A DNA stretch of 64,000 nt from Syncephalis fuscata S228 (Eukaryota; Fungi; Zoopagomycota): NCBI GenBank assembly GCA_025786725.1, contig JAHLTZ010000020.1, positions 410,634-474,633 of the forward strand. The letters run 5' to 3'. A program made the translations under genes and the position numbers. Below the pieces are notes generated by a model. The model was not told the origin of the DNA. It saw nothing but the letters and a program-made list of their open reading frames with translations, and ran no database searches. Shown piece after piece: positions 12,683 to 25,755 of this stretch. Every line of letters begins with the position of its first letter. Position 1 is the stretch's first letter.

Positions 12683-14542
12683 ATGTCTTTACTTCAAAAA
12701 GCTATTAACTGGTCCGTGGCTGGCCTGGTCGGCTATGCAGTGAGTGTACTTGGCGGCTTGCAAGGCCGTCGCCATTTCGTTATTTTAGCAAATAACATGC
12801 CTTCTTGCTTTCTAGGCATTAATTGCGCTGTTATGTTTACCAGGCCCGCAACGCGGCCTTGTTTATCTAAATTGGATAGTTTGGCCTTTAGGGGCCGACT
12901 TCAGTCGACCAGAGCAATTTGGATATGTAGGTAAGTACTAGGTGTGAATACGCGGCTACTGGTCATTGCGCAGGAATTGCTACTAACATTGTTGTTGGAA
13001 AATAGCGGGCACTGCTCGTCAGGTCCAGCTAGTAACTAAGACCAATATTCGCTTAGGTGCGTTGATAGAAGCAGCAGCAGCAATAGCAAATATAATCTAA
13101 CCACACTTTTCGTATCGCTTAGGTGCATGGCATGTACTGCCAAATGAACTACACGAACAAGCAATCAGCGCAATGGAAAATAACGACACACGCTTTGAAG
13201 CTATCTATAATACTGCTCTTACTACACACGAGACTGTGCTCTATCTACATGGTAATGCAGCTACACGCGGCTTCTCTCGACGTGTAGACGTATGCAAGGC
13301 AAGTAGTAAAGACGGTGCTTACGCTGAATTTGAATAACATTTTTACTGTTCTGTAATGTAATAGATGACTGCCAAGTATATGAACGCAAATGTATTTGTC
13401 GTTGATTATCGCGGATTTGCCGATTCAGGTAATTAAAGCTGCAAATAATCGTATGCTAATATTAACAGCTACCATACGCTTTTCAATCCATTAGAAGGAA
13501 CACCAAGTGAATCGGGACTAGTGGAAGATGCATGGGCATCTTGGCAATGGCTAATTGAACATGGTGCATCACCAGACAGCACTACAATCCTTGGTAGGTA
13601 CTATTTCTGTCATAGACATGGGTGATTATAATACAATATCTATCTTTCTTATGATAACAATTATAGGACATTCGCTTGGTACTGGTAAGCTATTAAACAT
13701 TAATATTACAGCCGTCAATATAATTAAGTATTTGTAACTAAATTGTTTTAATATATTATGCTTAGGCGTAGCATCACAACTGACCGCCAATCTAGCAGCT
13801 CAAGGTAATTTACAATAAATAGCTGTTTACCATATACTATTTATACAGCGATATACCTATTTCTAGGCATATCGCCCAAGGCACTAATCTTAAAAGCACC
13901 TTTTTCTTCTATTCCTGAAGTAGTGTTTGAATTCCGGCTATTGCATTTCATTCCACTTTTCTGGCCTCTTTCTCTACTTTCAAATGGTTACGGTAAATAG
14001 CTACTACTTTGATTACAGAATAACACGACTTAACACTATCAAATGACCAGTACTAGTATGGCATATGTTATACACGCATTTTGATTCATTTGAAGCAATT
14101 AAGGTGAGTAGTTACACTGCAAATACGCCATTAATTTAGTGACTGGCCTATCACCTGCCTATAGCATGTATCTTGTCCGATACTATTCCTACATGGCAAT
14201 CGCGACCTACAAATCCCTGCTGCTCATGCACGCCGGCTTTTCTGGTCTGCCGTGGTGCATAGATCGCGAAAACAAGACGGTAGCAATCTCGCATTACCGG
14301 ACGAGACGCCAATACCAACCGATGCAGCAGCCAATGCACTTATTCAAGATAGTCAACCACGCGACGTAGAGTCGATGGCTAAACATATCGCCGTGTCAAA
14401 AGAAGTGTGGCCCAATGAAGGCTACCAACTAAAGTCTGAACAATTACATGTAACTTATGTCGAGTTAAAAGAAGCGCACCATGACAACTTGCAAGATTTT
14501 GAACGCATGTGGCAAAGTGTAGGCCAAATTGTCTATCGTTAA
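12683..14542 (+). CDS. Alpha/beta hydrolase, ABHD12/Bem46-like (multi-exon)
   Basis: LGAWHVLP, VLYLHGNAATRG, VFVVDYRGFADS, GTPSESGLVEDA, nucleophile GHSLGTG, LKAPFSSIPE, C-terminal HHDNL; includes GC-AG intron 13299-13364. Confidence 0.85.
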
Positions 14543-15233
14543 TAATAACACTTAAACATTTATAACACGCTATGTAATGATTCACTTCAATAATAGTCTA
14601 TTGCTAGTAAATAGCCGTTCCATCTGCTGTAAGCTTGGTGCGCATTTGAACGACGCGCAATAGTGCAAATATGTTATTAAGCAGGAAATAAACGATAATA
14701 ATGACCGAAATGAACTGTGACTGTGCTAACTATAGTGCTAGCACATAATTATTCCTTGGCAACACATACACACATATATATCGATAGAATTGAGCGGCGA
14801 ACAAATACTCGTATCTAACTACCATCATCAGTGGCAATAACAGCAGCAATCTACAGCAAGAACAAACATTTGACAACAAAAGACAAGGAGCAGAAATAAA
14901 GAATTAAACATAGATAATATCAGTTTAAAACACATGCAACAAAGCGGCTGCACAACGCACGGCCTATTACTATGCCACGCAAGTATCATGTGAAGTGCAA
15001 TGGAAGAAAACAGTACAACAGAGTACAGCATATATATAATTCATTTACGTCTACATCCAACTGTGTAGACACTCGGTGCTTGAATTAATAAAGCGTTAAC
15101 AATACGCCATACGCGTTTAACTGAAACTGGCAAAAGCACCGCAATAGGCCATAATCAATAACATGCGAACATAGAGAAAGAACAACGACGCGCGGCACGC
15201 CATGCAAGTGCATTCCTGGAATGTGTGGTTTGA

Positions 15234-16221
15234 TTAAAGCACCGTACACGATATCTTGTTCGGCTTCTTTCGGTGCAGCAACGCCGCACGAGTGGCGTGC
15301 TCAAACACCTCTTGGACGCCTTCTCCAGTGCGTGCTGAACACTCGAGGTATTTGTAAGCACCAATCTTGGTGGCCACTGCTTGACCGTCTGTAGTCGATA
15401 CTGGGTTCTGGTTTAGTCGTCGCAAGCTTTCAACTGTTTTAGGATCATGACGGAGATCCTTTTTGCATGCAACCAATAGAATGGGGAGGCCTTTGCAGAA
15501 ATGTAGCACTTCTGAGATCCACTGTATTATGTAAACACATTAAAATAGACAAATGACAATCGTATTAAATTAGGTTTACGTCATTATAACATGTACAATA
15601 GGTCTACCTTTTCCTGTACGTTCTCTAGAGAATCTGGCTGATCAACCGAGAAACAAATAAGAATGACGTGCGAGTCTGGATATGATAGCGGACGCAGACG
15701 ATCGTAGTCTTCCTGACCTATAAGTTACAATTAAATCCATTTGATAATAACGGTAATGGTTGATACATGTGTTGTTTATAATGACCGGTGGATGGATGTA
15801 ATAATAATGAAATGATAATAATAATAAAACTTAATTAATCACAATGTAGCAAATGTATAGAATGTTACGTACCTGCCGTATCCCAAAGAGCTAGCTCGAC
15901 AGGTTTGTCGTCAACCCGAACTGTAGCGACGTAGTTTTCAAAGACAGTTGGAACGTATACCTGTGGAAATAATAAAGATAATGATTTTGTTAAATACCAC
16001 TATCTATAGCCAGTCTTGGTGTAATTGATCGTTTCACTACTATAACAGATATTATAACACATAGATTATACTGTCCAGTAATAGCAGTCGAACTAGCATC
16101 GATTCAACCACGAGCCAGTACTTACTTCAGGGAAAGTTCCTTTTGAGAACACAATCAACAAACAGGTCTTGCCGCAGGCACCGTCACCAACAATTACTAA
16201 TTTACGACGAATTTCGGCCAT
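15234..16221 (-). CDS. RHO1: Rho1 small GTPase (4 coding exons)
   Basis: [71 protein letters not shown], CaaX CTVL. Confidence 0.96.
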
Positions 16222-18193
16222 GATAGACTAATGATAATGTTGTTATTGTTGTTAAACTAAAGCAATCAAATAGATTATGTACAAACAAACATAGCAGTCC
16301 ATGTTAGTAGCTATTTAAACTGGATCTATGCAAATCAATGTGCTAGCCACAATAATCACTATGGTGGTCTATAAGCTATGTACCATGCCTTCTTAGTACT
16401 AGACTATCGCTTATAAAGTTGTAACACCATAGCATGCTATACGTTGTACAACACACTTGTAGTCAAGAGGGCAGCTTCTTGACAAGGATGAACACAAAAC
16501 ATCATCTTATGTTTTGATTTGAGTTAAGTAAAAGTCCGTTGCTATTGTTGCCACCCAGACTGCATACCTTCAAGTCAATGTTACAGACAATACTAAACAA
16601 CACAAAATCAAGTCACTTTAAGTAAGGAAGTTGCTAGATGGGCAGTAGGCGTAAGTACCAATAAACCTTGTAGATGTGTTTGGAATAGAATGGGGCCGCA
16701 ATTGTAAGAGTAACAAAGATAGATGTGAAGGAAAGTAAAGGGAAAGAAGTGGCAGATGAGCAAACGAAAGAAGCCAGGAGAAGAATGGAGAGAGAGAAGA
16801 AGAAATCAAAGGCGAGCCCCCACTTGCAGATAGACCATAACTCATGATTACGGCCATTATCGCCACCACCACCACCACTATATGGCATGATGGTGATGGC
16901 CATTTTTATTGTATTATTACAATGTAGCCATTAATAACACTACTATATACGTTCATACTATTACATAGGATGGTCGTTATTACAGCACTTTTATACTTGT
17001 CTGCAGAGCTGTTTTATTATTATTGTCCGATGGCCTGCAATATAGCGACATGTCTTTGATGCTACGCGTATACACTTGCTCTATAACCAGCACTTGCTAT
17101 TCACGTGTGCCCAAGGGGTAGCTATAAACAAGCATATAGTCGTAATGTCAAAGGCATGTCGTTATATCGTAGTGCCATTTGACGGTAATACAAGAAACTG
17201 CTATGCAGACAAGTACAATAAGAGCAGCGCACTGTTCACAAATGCTATGAATAGAAGGATTTTAAGTGTAAACTGTACTGTTTTAGTTTACACTTTGACC
17301 CAGTCATAGCATACGTGAACAGTGCGCGTTGCTTTTTTACATATTTTGTGCTTTAAAGCATTTATTATGCCCTAAACAGCGACGCTGTTCGACATACATC
17401 AACATGTGATACATCCAATAAAGAGGCCATTAACATTTACACTATATATGCTCTATTATAATAGATATTGCTATTGCTATTGCTATAGCTATCAGTATTG
17501 TTGCTAGTACTGCAACACACATAGTAACGCCTAACTAACAAAGCCACAACTACAAAGCATAGTCGTAGTACACTATTCAACGCAGCTCATATCAAGTAAC
17601 TAAATCATCAACAACGCTTCAACGATAGCACACCAGACCCAATCATCATGCCGCTACACTGATAGCTTACCTTAGATGAACTACTAACGTACAGTAGTGA
17701 TGATGGTGGCCGTCAATATTGCCCACCTAGTAAAAATAATGATATAAAAGAGGCGAGGGCAAAGCAACTGACGCTCTGTCAATGTATACCGAAAAGATGG
17801 AAATGCTGGCGCTTGCTAGCAGTCAGACAAGAGATAGAAACAAGCTATGGCCGCTCAACGTGGAATGACAAGCAATGCAGGCGAAGCAAACGATGGATGG
17901 AAAGAACAAGTTCGAGATGAAATGATGGAAGAGTCGATTGGATGAGTGGACGAACACAGAAGAAAGGAACAAGGAGTGTGATGTTTGTGTGTGTGTCAAA
18001 GGAGCATGAAAATGGGCTGCATTATGTTGTTGTTGTTGTTTATGTGGAGGGACTGGTTAATGCAAGTGGTGTGTATGTGTACACCATCATCAGCATTCAT
18101 AAGTGGAGATGTGCTTTATTGATAACATGATCTATAACTAATGTTTAATTGTATTAGTGTTGTAGGGACGGTGATATATGGTGGTCAAATAAT

Positions 18194-18457
18194 ATAGTCA
18201 CCGGCGATACACTGCAGCGTATCAATAAAAGAGGATCAGGTCAACTAAGTCATCTTATCGGCAATCTATTCTACATGCAGAATAATCAACAGGCCCGACC
18301 TATAGTGCTTGATGTGGCAAGCGGCCAACTAGTCCAACGTATGCCTATTGAAATGAACCAAACGGTAATTAAGCCGGGTCATCAACACCATCATTCTAGT
18401 ATTCACGCATTTACAGGTGGTGATCGTTGTGATGTAATGATATTTGTGCCTGAATAA
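18194..18457 (+). pseudogene. Duplicated 3' fragment of the F-box-like gene at 52656-54316
   Basis: Near-identical reverse complement of 52656-52919; the translated ORF 18275-18457 equals the last 60 aa; no 5' part of the gene. Confidence 0.92.
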
Positions 18458-18498
18458 TCATTAATAAATAAATGCTAATATTAAACAATTAATTACTA

Positions 18499-19622
18499 TT
18501 ATGATCTGATGACGAAATGACTACATTTTACAATATTCAATATATTAAACATGTGATAGATGGTGAGTGACATCAATCATCAAATACTCATCATTGTATA
18601 TTTATTATTCAGTATGCATATATCCTTTGTTTACATAAATAATTACTACTGTATACTCATACCATTATATATAGCTTTATGCCATACTGTATACATTTTA
18701 TTAGCAACAAGTTTCAAATACATATAGCTTAGTGAGTCAAATTTATTAATAATAAAGCTAAAAGAAAAACAATAGTAGTTTTGGATATGGCAAGACTAGA
18801 CGAGCACAAGAATGCTGTATATTAGAATGGATATGTAATGACAAAGCATAAAAACGACGTCAAAGCTATAGTGTGTATAATGTAATGGATGAACTGAGAA
18901 TAATCTATTGAAAGCCATAAATATTAGACTGTGTCTAGTATATTTTAGAATGATATATAGTAGTGTGGAATAGAATGGGAATGATATAGGTGAATAAAGG
19001 ATATATGTGTACCAGATATATGCATATTGACAATAAATCTACAATGATGACTATTTGATGATTGATGTCACTCACCATTTATCATCATGTTCAATATATT
19101 GAATATTGTTAAATTCAGTCATTGATCAACAAACAAACAACATAATTAAATGATTTTAGTATTTAATATTTCTCACCACCGGCCCATATTCAATAAAACA
19201 AATATCTAGTTCAGTTACGCGAATGTTATTAAATGTGGTTGTCTGAAATGAATCTAAACATCATTTGGTACCAAAGTTCAATACTATAAAACAAATAAGC
19301 AATAACTGATGCGTACAATAAGAAAAGTAATTACGAAATAGCAAAAACCAACCGTCTAAAGACAAGTGTATCCGTAGAGCAATGTCACCGGTAAAACAAT
19401 GCTAGCATTGACAAAAAAGCTATTCTAAATGGATTACTATCTAAAAACCACCATTGAATAACGTTTTCAAGTCAATCCACGTAGAGATGCGATGTTAACA
19501 CGCTCAAAAAGATAATGCAATAGCCTACTAGCTTATATAAATAAATAGGATACATTCACTTTAACAAGTCCAAATCCACTACAGTTGTGCACAAACACTA
19601 TGGATACGAGCTGCGTGAGGTG
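18499..19622 (-). mobile_element. Non-autonomous AT-rich element, copy C (inverted copy of 41404-42521) with ~105-bp inverted arms at ~18517-18623 and ~19015-19123
   Basis: Direct reverse-complement match to 41404-42521 and to 52016-52614; no coding capacity. Confidence 0.85.
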
Positions 19623-20040
19623 ACCTTGATGGCTGATGTCGGGGCGCCGTAACTAAAGAAGTAGACACTGTATCCATGCACCATTTCACTTGATACTGTC
19701 GGGTATTTTGGACTAATAAAGTGTGCACGAGTCATTGTTGTTGCTATTGTTGTTAGGCATGGACACCAAGGAAAAGACGGTCTATCGGAGTTACTCCTTA
19801 GCAATCGTTTGCCTATAGACAATCTATAAGCAAGTTTATGTATACATATATACACGTATAGCTATACTAGCTATTCATTAATGCTTCCATAGTGACCCAT
19901 TTATTAAATAGTTAAATAAGTCGAGTTGTTTTAGTATGCTTACGACTAGCTACATTTATTTACACCGTCCGTCATATTGGACTATTCAAAGTCATTTTTA
20001 TTTTTAGAATTCGATATAGAAGTGCTAAAAGTGTTAATAG

Positions 20041-21495
20041 ATGTTTAGTAATTTTATTAGCGGCCTTGATCGGCCATGGTTTATCCATCGCAAAGGCTAT
20101 TTTGCTGCTAAAAATAGCGCTAGTAAAAAACAGCAGTACTGGCATTCTTTATTGATACTACTGATGGCGAGCAGTATTGGATGTTTTGTGTCTGCCACGG
20201 CAGTGGAAACAGCCGTGCCTGTGGCATCAAAGTTCCCGTTTGAGTCGGCATTGCTTTTGCGTAAAATATTAACCACCGATTCGGATAAGGGCCCACTTGT
20301 ATCGTTGGCCAAAATTGCTTGTTTAGTTAACGAGGAACGCGGTATGCATGATCTTCCTAATGTTAGTATAAGCCGGTAAGTGCATTGCATTGAATTATGC
20401 ACGCTCAGCTAATAATATTATGCATTCTACACTCTCCCAAATGGCAGCATTCTTAATCGTTCAGCCCAGAAACACACTGTAGACCAGGCACAGATGCATG
20501 AAATGACCCATACGGGCTCGGACGGTAGTCGACCAAGTCAGCGTGTACGACGGGTAGGCTATAATTATCGTGCTGTTGGTGAATGTGTAGCTTTTGGTTA
20601 CGAGACAGAGGAAGAAGTAATGCGGGCCTGGATGAACTCGCCGCCTCATAAAGCAATTATTCTCGATCGTACCTACCGGGAGTTGGGCATTGGTTATGCC
20701 CGTTCTGCCGATAGTGTTCCGTATTGGACAATGGATTTTGGCATGAACGATAAATCCCCTACAAGCAACGTCACTGCTTGTCCAACTGAAGCTGATATGG
20801 CAATGGATGAGCCAGAGCAAATTAATAATCTAATACCAACAGCGACAGTAACAACAACAGAAGTAACCACCACGGAAACAGTAACAACAACAACAACTGC
20901 TACTGCTGCTACAACAGCTGAGCCAAATCCAGATGCTTCGTTGGTAGAGGCTCAATCAACAACAAAGCCACACCATAATAAGCACCGACATAAACATCAT
21001 AATCATGATAAAAAAGCAAACAAGCATCATCGAAATCATAGTATTCATTCAGAAAATACTAAATCACCATTAGCGACATCAGCACCATTAGCATCAGCAT
21101 CAGTATCGTCACCGACGTCAGCATCAGCATCACCATCAGCAACTCACTCAAGCATACCTAATACATCCACTACAATGGCGCCCGTGCTACAATGCTCGCC
21201 CGATTGCTGTTCTAACCGTGAACCATCTCCTCTTATTGCAACATCAGCTGAGGATCCTAAACAAATGTCTAATGTTAGCACTGATGATAAGTCTGATGAT
21301 AATCTAAGCTTTTTCAACAAAGTATTAGATGCTTTCAGATCATGGATTGGAAAAGGTACCACTGATAATGAGCTGCCTACAACTAACACTGATGAAGAAA
21401 CAATTGATGTCCATCGTGTACGGCAGCTGCTTCGTCTGGCCAGCACTAGCCACAAGGGGACATCGTCTGTAAGAGACATTCATCTAAAGCATTAA
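20041..21495 (+). CDS. CAP/SCP protein 4 with hydrophobic N-terminal segment and Thr/His/Ser-rich tail
   Basis: IACLVNEER; intron 20376-20447 at the same position/phase as CAP1-3; MTHTGSDGS, GECVAFG, WMNSPPHKAIIL, YWTMDFG; start codon uncertain (20041 or 20164). Confidence 0.85.
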
Positions 21496-21786
21496 AATTC
21501 CATAATCTTGGCTTTTAATGTTTAATAATGCTAAATAAAAATAGATAAAATAGAAACTATATCGTTCTTTACTGCTATTCAACATGTATTACTTTTGTGA
21601 CTGTTCACATGTAATGTTAATCAATCATCTAGCTATATAATGCATTCTAGTCACATATAATAGCAATATTATTATAATGTCAGGATCGTAAAAATAAGCT
21701 AATATGCTATATGTTATTGTGTAAATAAGCATTTTAAATAAACCAAATCATTTGTTATTAATGTAAAGTAATTAGATATTTATTGC

Positions 21787-22647
21787 TTAGAATTGTGGTC
21801 CAACTAAACGAATATTCGCCCAGCATGACTGTTTGCCATCATCAATTGCCACTTTATCATCGTGCAGTTTTCCGGGGCGAGAGTGCCCCACCGTAATGTG
21901 CGTGTGATAATTGGCGGCTTCAAAGGCTGTTTTAGAACCACCAAGATCGTAAAACAGCTGGGCAATATCGACTCGCATCGCTTGCCATTGCCGACTGTAG
22001 ACTCGCAGGTAAAGGGCCGTATCTTCTTGGGCACTGGTAATGGCCAGACAGTCTATTTCGTACTGGGCATATATAATGTAGTGGTTCAGTGCAACATCGT
22101 CGATTTGTTCCATGGTCACGCCTTGCTTATTCAGTACGGCGAATTCTGCTGGAGTGATAATGCGGACAAATGCATCCTGCATCGGGTGCAGTGCCTCTTC
22201 TAAACGTCGGTCTTTGTTCACATCCTTAAGCAGCTCATGAACGTAGCTTACGTTTAGCGTTTGCTGCAGCCGGTCTGGAAAGCGCAGAAATGGCACTAAA
22301 TTCGTGTTGAGAATACGCCTTTGCAGCTGGTATTCCGGATAGGATGGCTCGGGACCAGTCTTTAGTGAGGTGTTTAAAGTTGCACTATCATCATGGCTTT
22401 TGGCCGAGCGTTTACAAGCCATCAAAACATGTAACAGTACTAGTGAACCAATAAACGATACGATAAACACAGCTCGTTTAAAGACACGGCGTTTACAGCG
22501 ACATTGCCGTTTAGACGGGTCGATATCTACACTTTGTTCATTGTCCAATAACGGCAACGTTACATCAACGGATACTGTGTCCTTTTTATACAATAAAGTA
22601 TGAGACTGATGTTTTTCGTCAGCTACTATAGCATCACTACAAGACAT
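21787..22647 (-). CDS. 2H-phosphoesterase-like protein (fungal 'Swiss Army Knife' 2H type), type II membrane anchor, first His motif degenerate
   Basis: TM AVFIVSFIGSLVLLHVLMA; DAFVRIITPAEF; LYLRVYSRQW; C-terminal YHTHITVG; similar to the two neighbours. Confidence 0.6.
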   Translation of the reverse strand: MSCSDAIVADEKHQSHTLLYKKDTVSVDVTLPLLDNEQSVDIDPSKRQCRCKRRVFKRAVFIVSFIGSLVLLHVLMACKRSAKSHDDSATLNTSLKTGPEPSYPEYQLQRRILNTNLVPFLRFPDRLQQTLNVSYVHELLKDVNKDRRLEEALHPMQDAFVRIITPAEFAVLNKQGVTMEQIDDVALNHYIIYAQYEIDCLAITSAQEDTALYLRVYSRQWQAMRVDIAQLFYDLGGSKTAFEAANYHTHITVGHSRPGKLHDDKVAIDDGKQSCWANIRLVGPQF

Positions 22648-22749
22648 GGCGATAATGATGGTAATTGTACTTTAATAAACAAATAAACAATATTGAAAAG
22701 TTGTTAAGAAAAGGCGGGGGGAGGTAAAGAGTGCGATTTTAAGAGCCAT

Positions 22750-23682
22750 TTAGCGCAAATTTGTGACGTGCAGATTTGCTGTACACTGAGTGTCACTTTG
22801 ACCCACTTGCTGCTCAAGTGCAGGTGTCCAACGCGTAGCTGCAACGACTAAATGAGGCTGAAAAGCTTTTGGATTAAAAATGGCAAGTTGTTCTGCTGCA
22901 TTAGACTTGGGCCGTTGCTGCTGCTTTTGCTGCTGCTGCTGATTCTGCTGTTGCTGCCTTACTAGACGTGCTTTGTTCAGCTTCTCATTTAAGCGCTGGC
23001 CAATAGCTTCACGGATATTTGACCACTGGCGACTCTCTAGCTTAATATACCATACTTCATTATCACGATAGATTGTCGCATCCGTCGCTGGCAATAGTTC
23101 GCGAACAAGACATACTGGCTTAAACACACTTTCCATAATGTAATAATTGACAGCAATGTCGTCGATCTCTTTTTTAGTGATACCTGCTTGTTGTAGCTGA
23201 TTTAGTTCTTCGGAGGACACAATGGTGACCACAGCTTCCTGTGCGGGTAATAGCCGGCCGATGCCACCTAATGGGCCGGCAAGATCAGCAGTAGATCGTA
23301 CAAGTGACAAAGTGTTTTGGCTATCGGTTTCTCCTTTAGTTGAGCTTTGTGTGCTAAGTCTTTTTGACGCAAAACTATCTATAGTTGCCGATAAACGTTG
23401 CTGAATAATTGCCTTCAACGCTTCATACCGGCGATTATTTAATGACGCCGTAAATGATTGCAGTGCACCTAGATCCAATGGCTGTATAACACGTGCTGCA
23501 TCCGAATGATACGCCACTGCTGTTGATCTAAATAGTTGCGGGCCAATATCAAGTGTGGGCAGTAGCACATTGTCTGATGATGGTGTCATTTGCGATGTAA
23601 CTAGCGGCTGTGAATGCAAGCCCGGTAAATTGAAAATGCTTAGCACAATTGCTGGCAGAAATAAAGATAGCTTATAAGTCAT
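22750..23682 (-). CDS. Secreted 2H-phosphoesterase-like protein with polyQ insert, both motifs degenerate
   Basis: signal-like MTYKLSLFLPAIVLSIFNLPGLHS; EAVVTIVSSEEL; WYIKLESRQW; FQPHLVV. Confidence 0.58.
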   Translation of the reverse strand: MTYKLSLFLPAIVLSIFNLPGLHSQPLVTSQMTPSSDNVLLPTLDIGPQLFRSTAVAYHSDAARVIQPLDLGALQSFTASLNNRRYEALKAIIQQRLSATIDSFASKRLSTQSSTKGETDSQNTLSLVRSTADLAGPLGGIGRLLPAQEAVVTIVSSEELNQLQQAGITKKEIDDIAVNYYIMESVFKPVCLVRELLPATDATIYRDNEVWYIKLESRQWSNIREAIGQRLNEKLNKARLVRQQQQNQQQQQKQQQRPKSNAAEQLAIFNPKAFQPHLVVAATRWTPALEQQVGQSDTQCTANLHVTNLR

Positions 23683-24364
23683 GACAATGTAGATGTTTAG
23701 TTTTTACAATAGAGCAGGGCCTGATTAAGTTTAGCGATTATCAAAAATGATAGCTTTATTCAATATGCTCCATATTAATGTTTTATATATTCAGGGGTAA
23801 TGCTGGATATGTCCAGTTTTATTTGCTTATTATTACAAAGGGACAATCTCACTGTATTATACAACTCTGAATGCAGATGGATAAGGGTAATTTAAGGGAC
23901 CATACATTATTTGCTTATTAACAGCCACAACAATAAAAATAACAACAATCCACTGTGGTGATGGTAATTAATTGACTATCGCTGTGTTGTAGACATTGAT
24001 ACTTGCACTAAATTATATTCAATATTATTGATAATTTATTGCTATTTTCAAACTATTTATCGTTATATTCAAGTTGCTATAAAGGTGATCTATAATTCTT
24101 CTACGATAAACAACATATAATGGAACGTATATAAAATTAAATAGAATATATGGATAGAAGATATAATCATATATAATGATACTTTGATTACTAACATTTT
24201 TTATTACCTAATTATATGTTTGATTTTGCTACAACTCTATAATGGTCGATATTCAACACTTAACTTATATACGATATTATCTTAGTAAGTTTATTTAGTC
24301 TAATAACTTTTATCAGTTAGTACAAACAATAAAACGCTGGCTTTACAACCAATAATAGTTCATT

Positions 24365-25074
24365 TTAGAAAGGTGGACCAACTAGCTTAACATTAGCCAC
24401 ACACGTGCTATTAGTGCCACGAGCGATATCCTCGTCTGGAATATCTTCATTGCCTGTTTGGCCAATTGTGATATGTGGATAAAAGTCATTTTGATCAAAG
24501 GCACCTTCGTTGCCGCCTGCCTTCAAATAAACGCTGGCCACTTCTTTGCGTACCGATTCCCAAACGCTAGACTTGACCTTCAAGTACCAAGCCTCACCGT
24601 TCGCTGTACGGGTACGACCCAAACATTCGATGGAGAAAATGGTATACGCCATGTAGTAGTAGCTGCCGATATCGTATAGCTGTTTACCAGTAATGCCTAC
24701 TTTGCTTAACACATCAAATTCTTTACGACTAATGGCAAATGTACCATAATCGTTGGGTAAACGAACAGAGCTTGTCCAGTTTTGCCCAGTAAGGTTGTAG
24801 GCAATTTCTGTAATAACAGGTTTGCTCATATTTTGGAAAAGCGAGTCTGGTTGATCAAAGTATCCTACAAAGTTAACGGCTTGTAGTTTCTCTGCAACTT
24901 CAAATGTCTTGTTTGCCATTGGAGGTGAAATACGATCATTGGCTTGGTCTGCCCCGGTTGATAAATGGTTAGAAAGCTGTATTGATGGAACAAACGTTAT
25001 TTCGACTGGCTGTGCTTGGACATTGCAACAGCAAATGCCACGGCCAAAGAGGATAGAATGTGAAATAGCTTCAT
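24365..25074 (-). CDS. Secreted 2H-phosphoesterase-like protein; 1 apparent frameshift at the end of the signal peptide
   Basis: ATG 25074 MKLFHILSSLAVAFAVA joins NVQAQP if one A is restored near 25024; YGTFAISRKEF, ECLGR, WYLKVKS, FDQNDFYPHITIG. Confidence 0.65.
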
Positions 25075-25755
25075 GATAAATAGTATAATGCAGCAATAAG
25101 TAGCAAAACTTCAAGAAAGTGGTGATTATAATGGTTGGCTTGAATGAAAAGAGGTAGTATTTTTGGGGGTGTATAAAATATTGATATTACTAAAATAGTA
25201 TGCCAGCTAGCTAATAGTACGTAAATAGAGACTTGGATTATTGAAAGCCAGAAGTGTATGAAAAATAAAGGAAGCCTATTGACATAAACTTGCCAAATAT
25301 ATAGTAAAGACGCCTTGATAAACGTGTTTCATCTTTACGTGCCATATATCTAATTAATTACAAAAAAAAACAAGGCCTAATATGGCTTCATTTCAGCACG
25401 TCATCTCAAACAATATTTGTTGCTTAGTCCCACACTACACGCAAACGTGCACCCACACACACACACATTAAACAGTTTCGTTTATTTTCAGATAAACTAC
25501 TTTCTTTCAGTCGCATTGCCTGTATACTACAGAATAGGCAGTGAAGGTTGTTTTATTGGTCAACTGTGGTGCACATGCACAGATGTAACAAGGGGAGAAG
25601 AACATGCGACAATTTGTTGTTGCTATTTCGCCATAATCTGATTCATAGGGGGTGTAGTTAATGTTACATTTACTGGAAGGTACCCATCAACTAAGCATAA
25701 TGAGGGCCTGTAGTATTAATAAACAATAAACATAACCAGTATCATGGCTGTGAGT

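Noticed and set aside
18275-18457. Independent 60-aa gene
   Set aside because: It is the duplicated tail of the F-box gene starting at an internal Met
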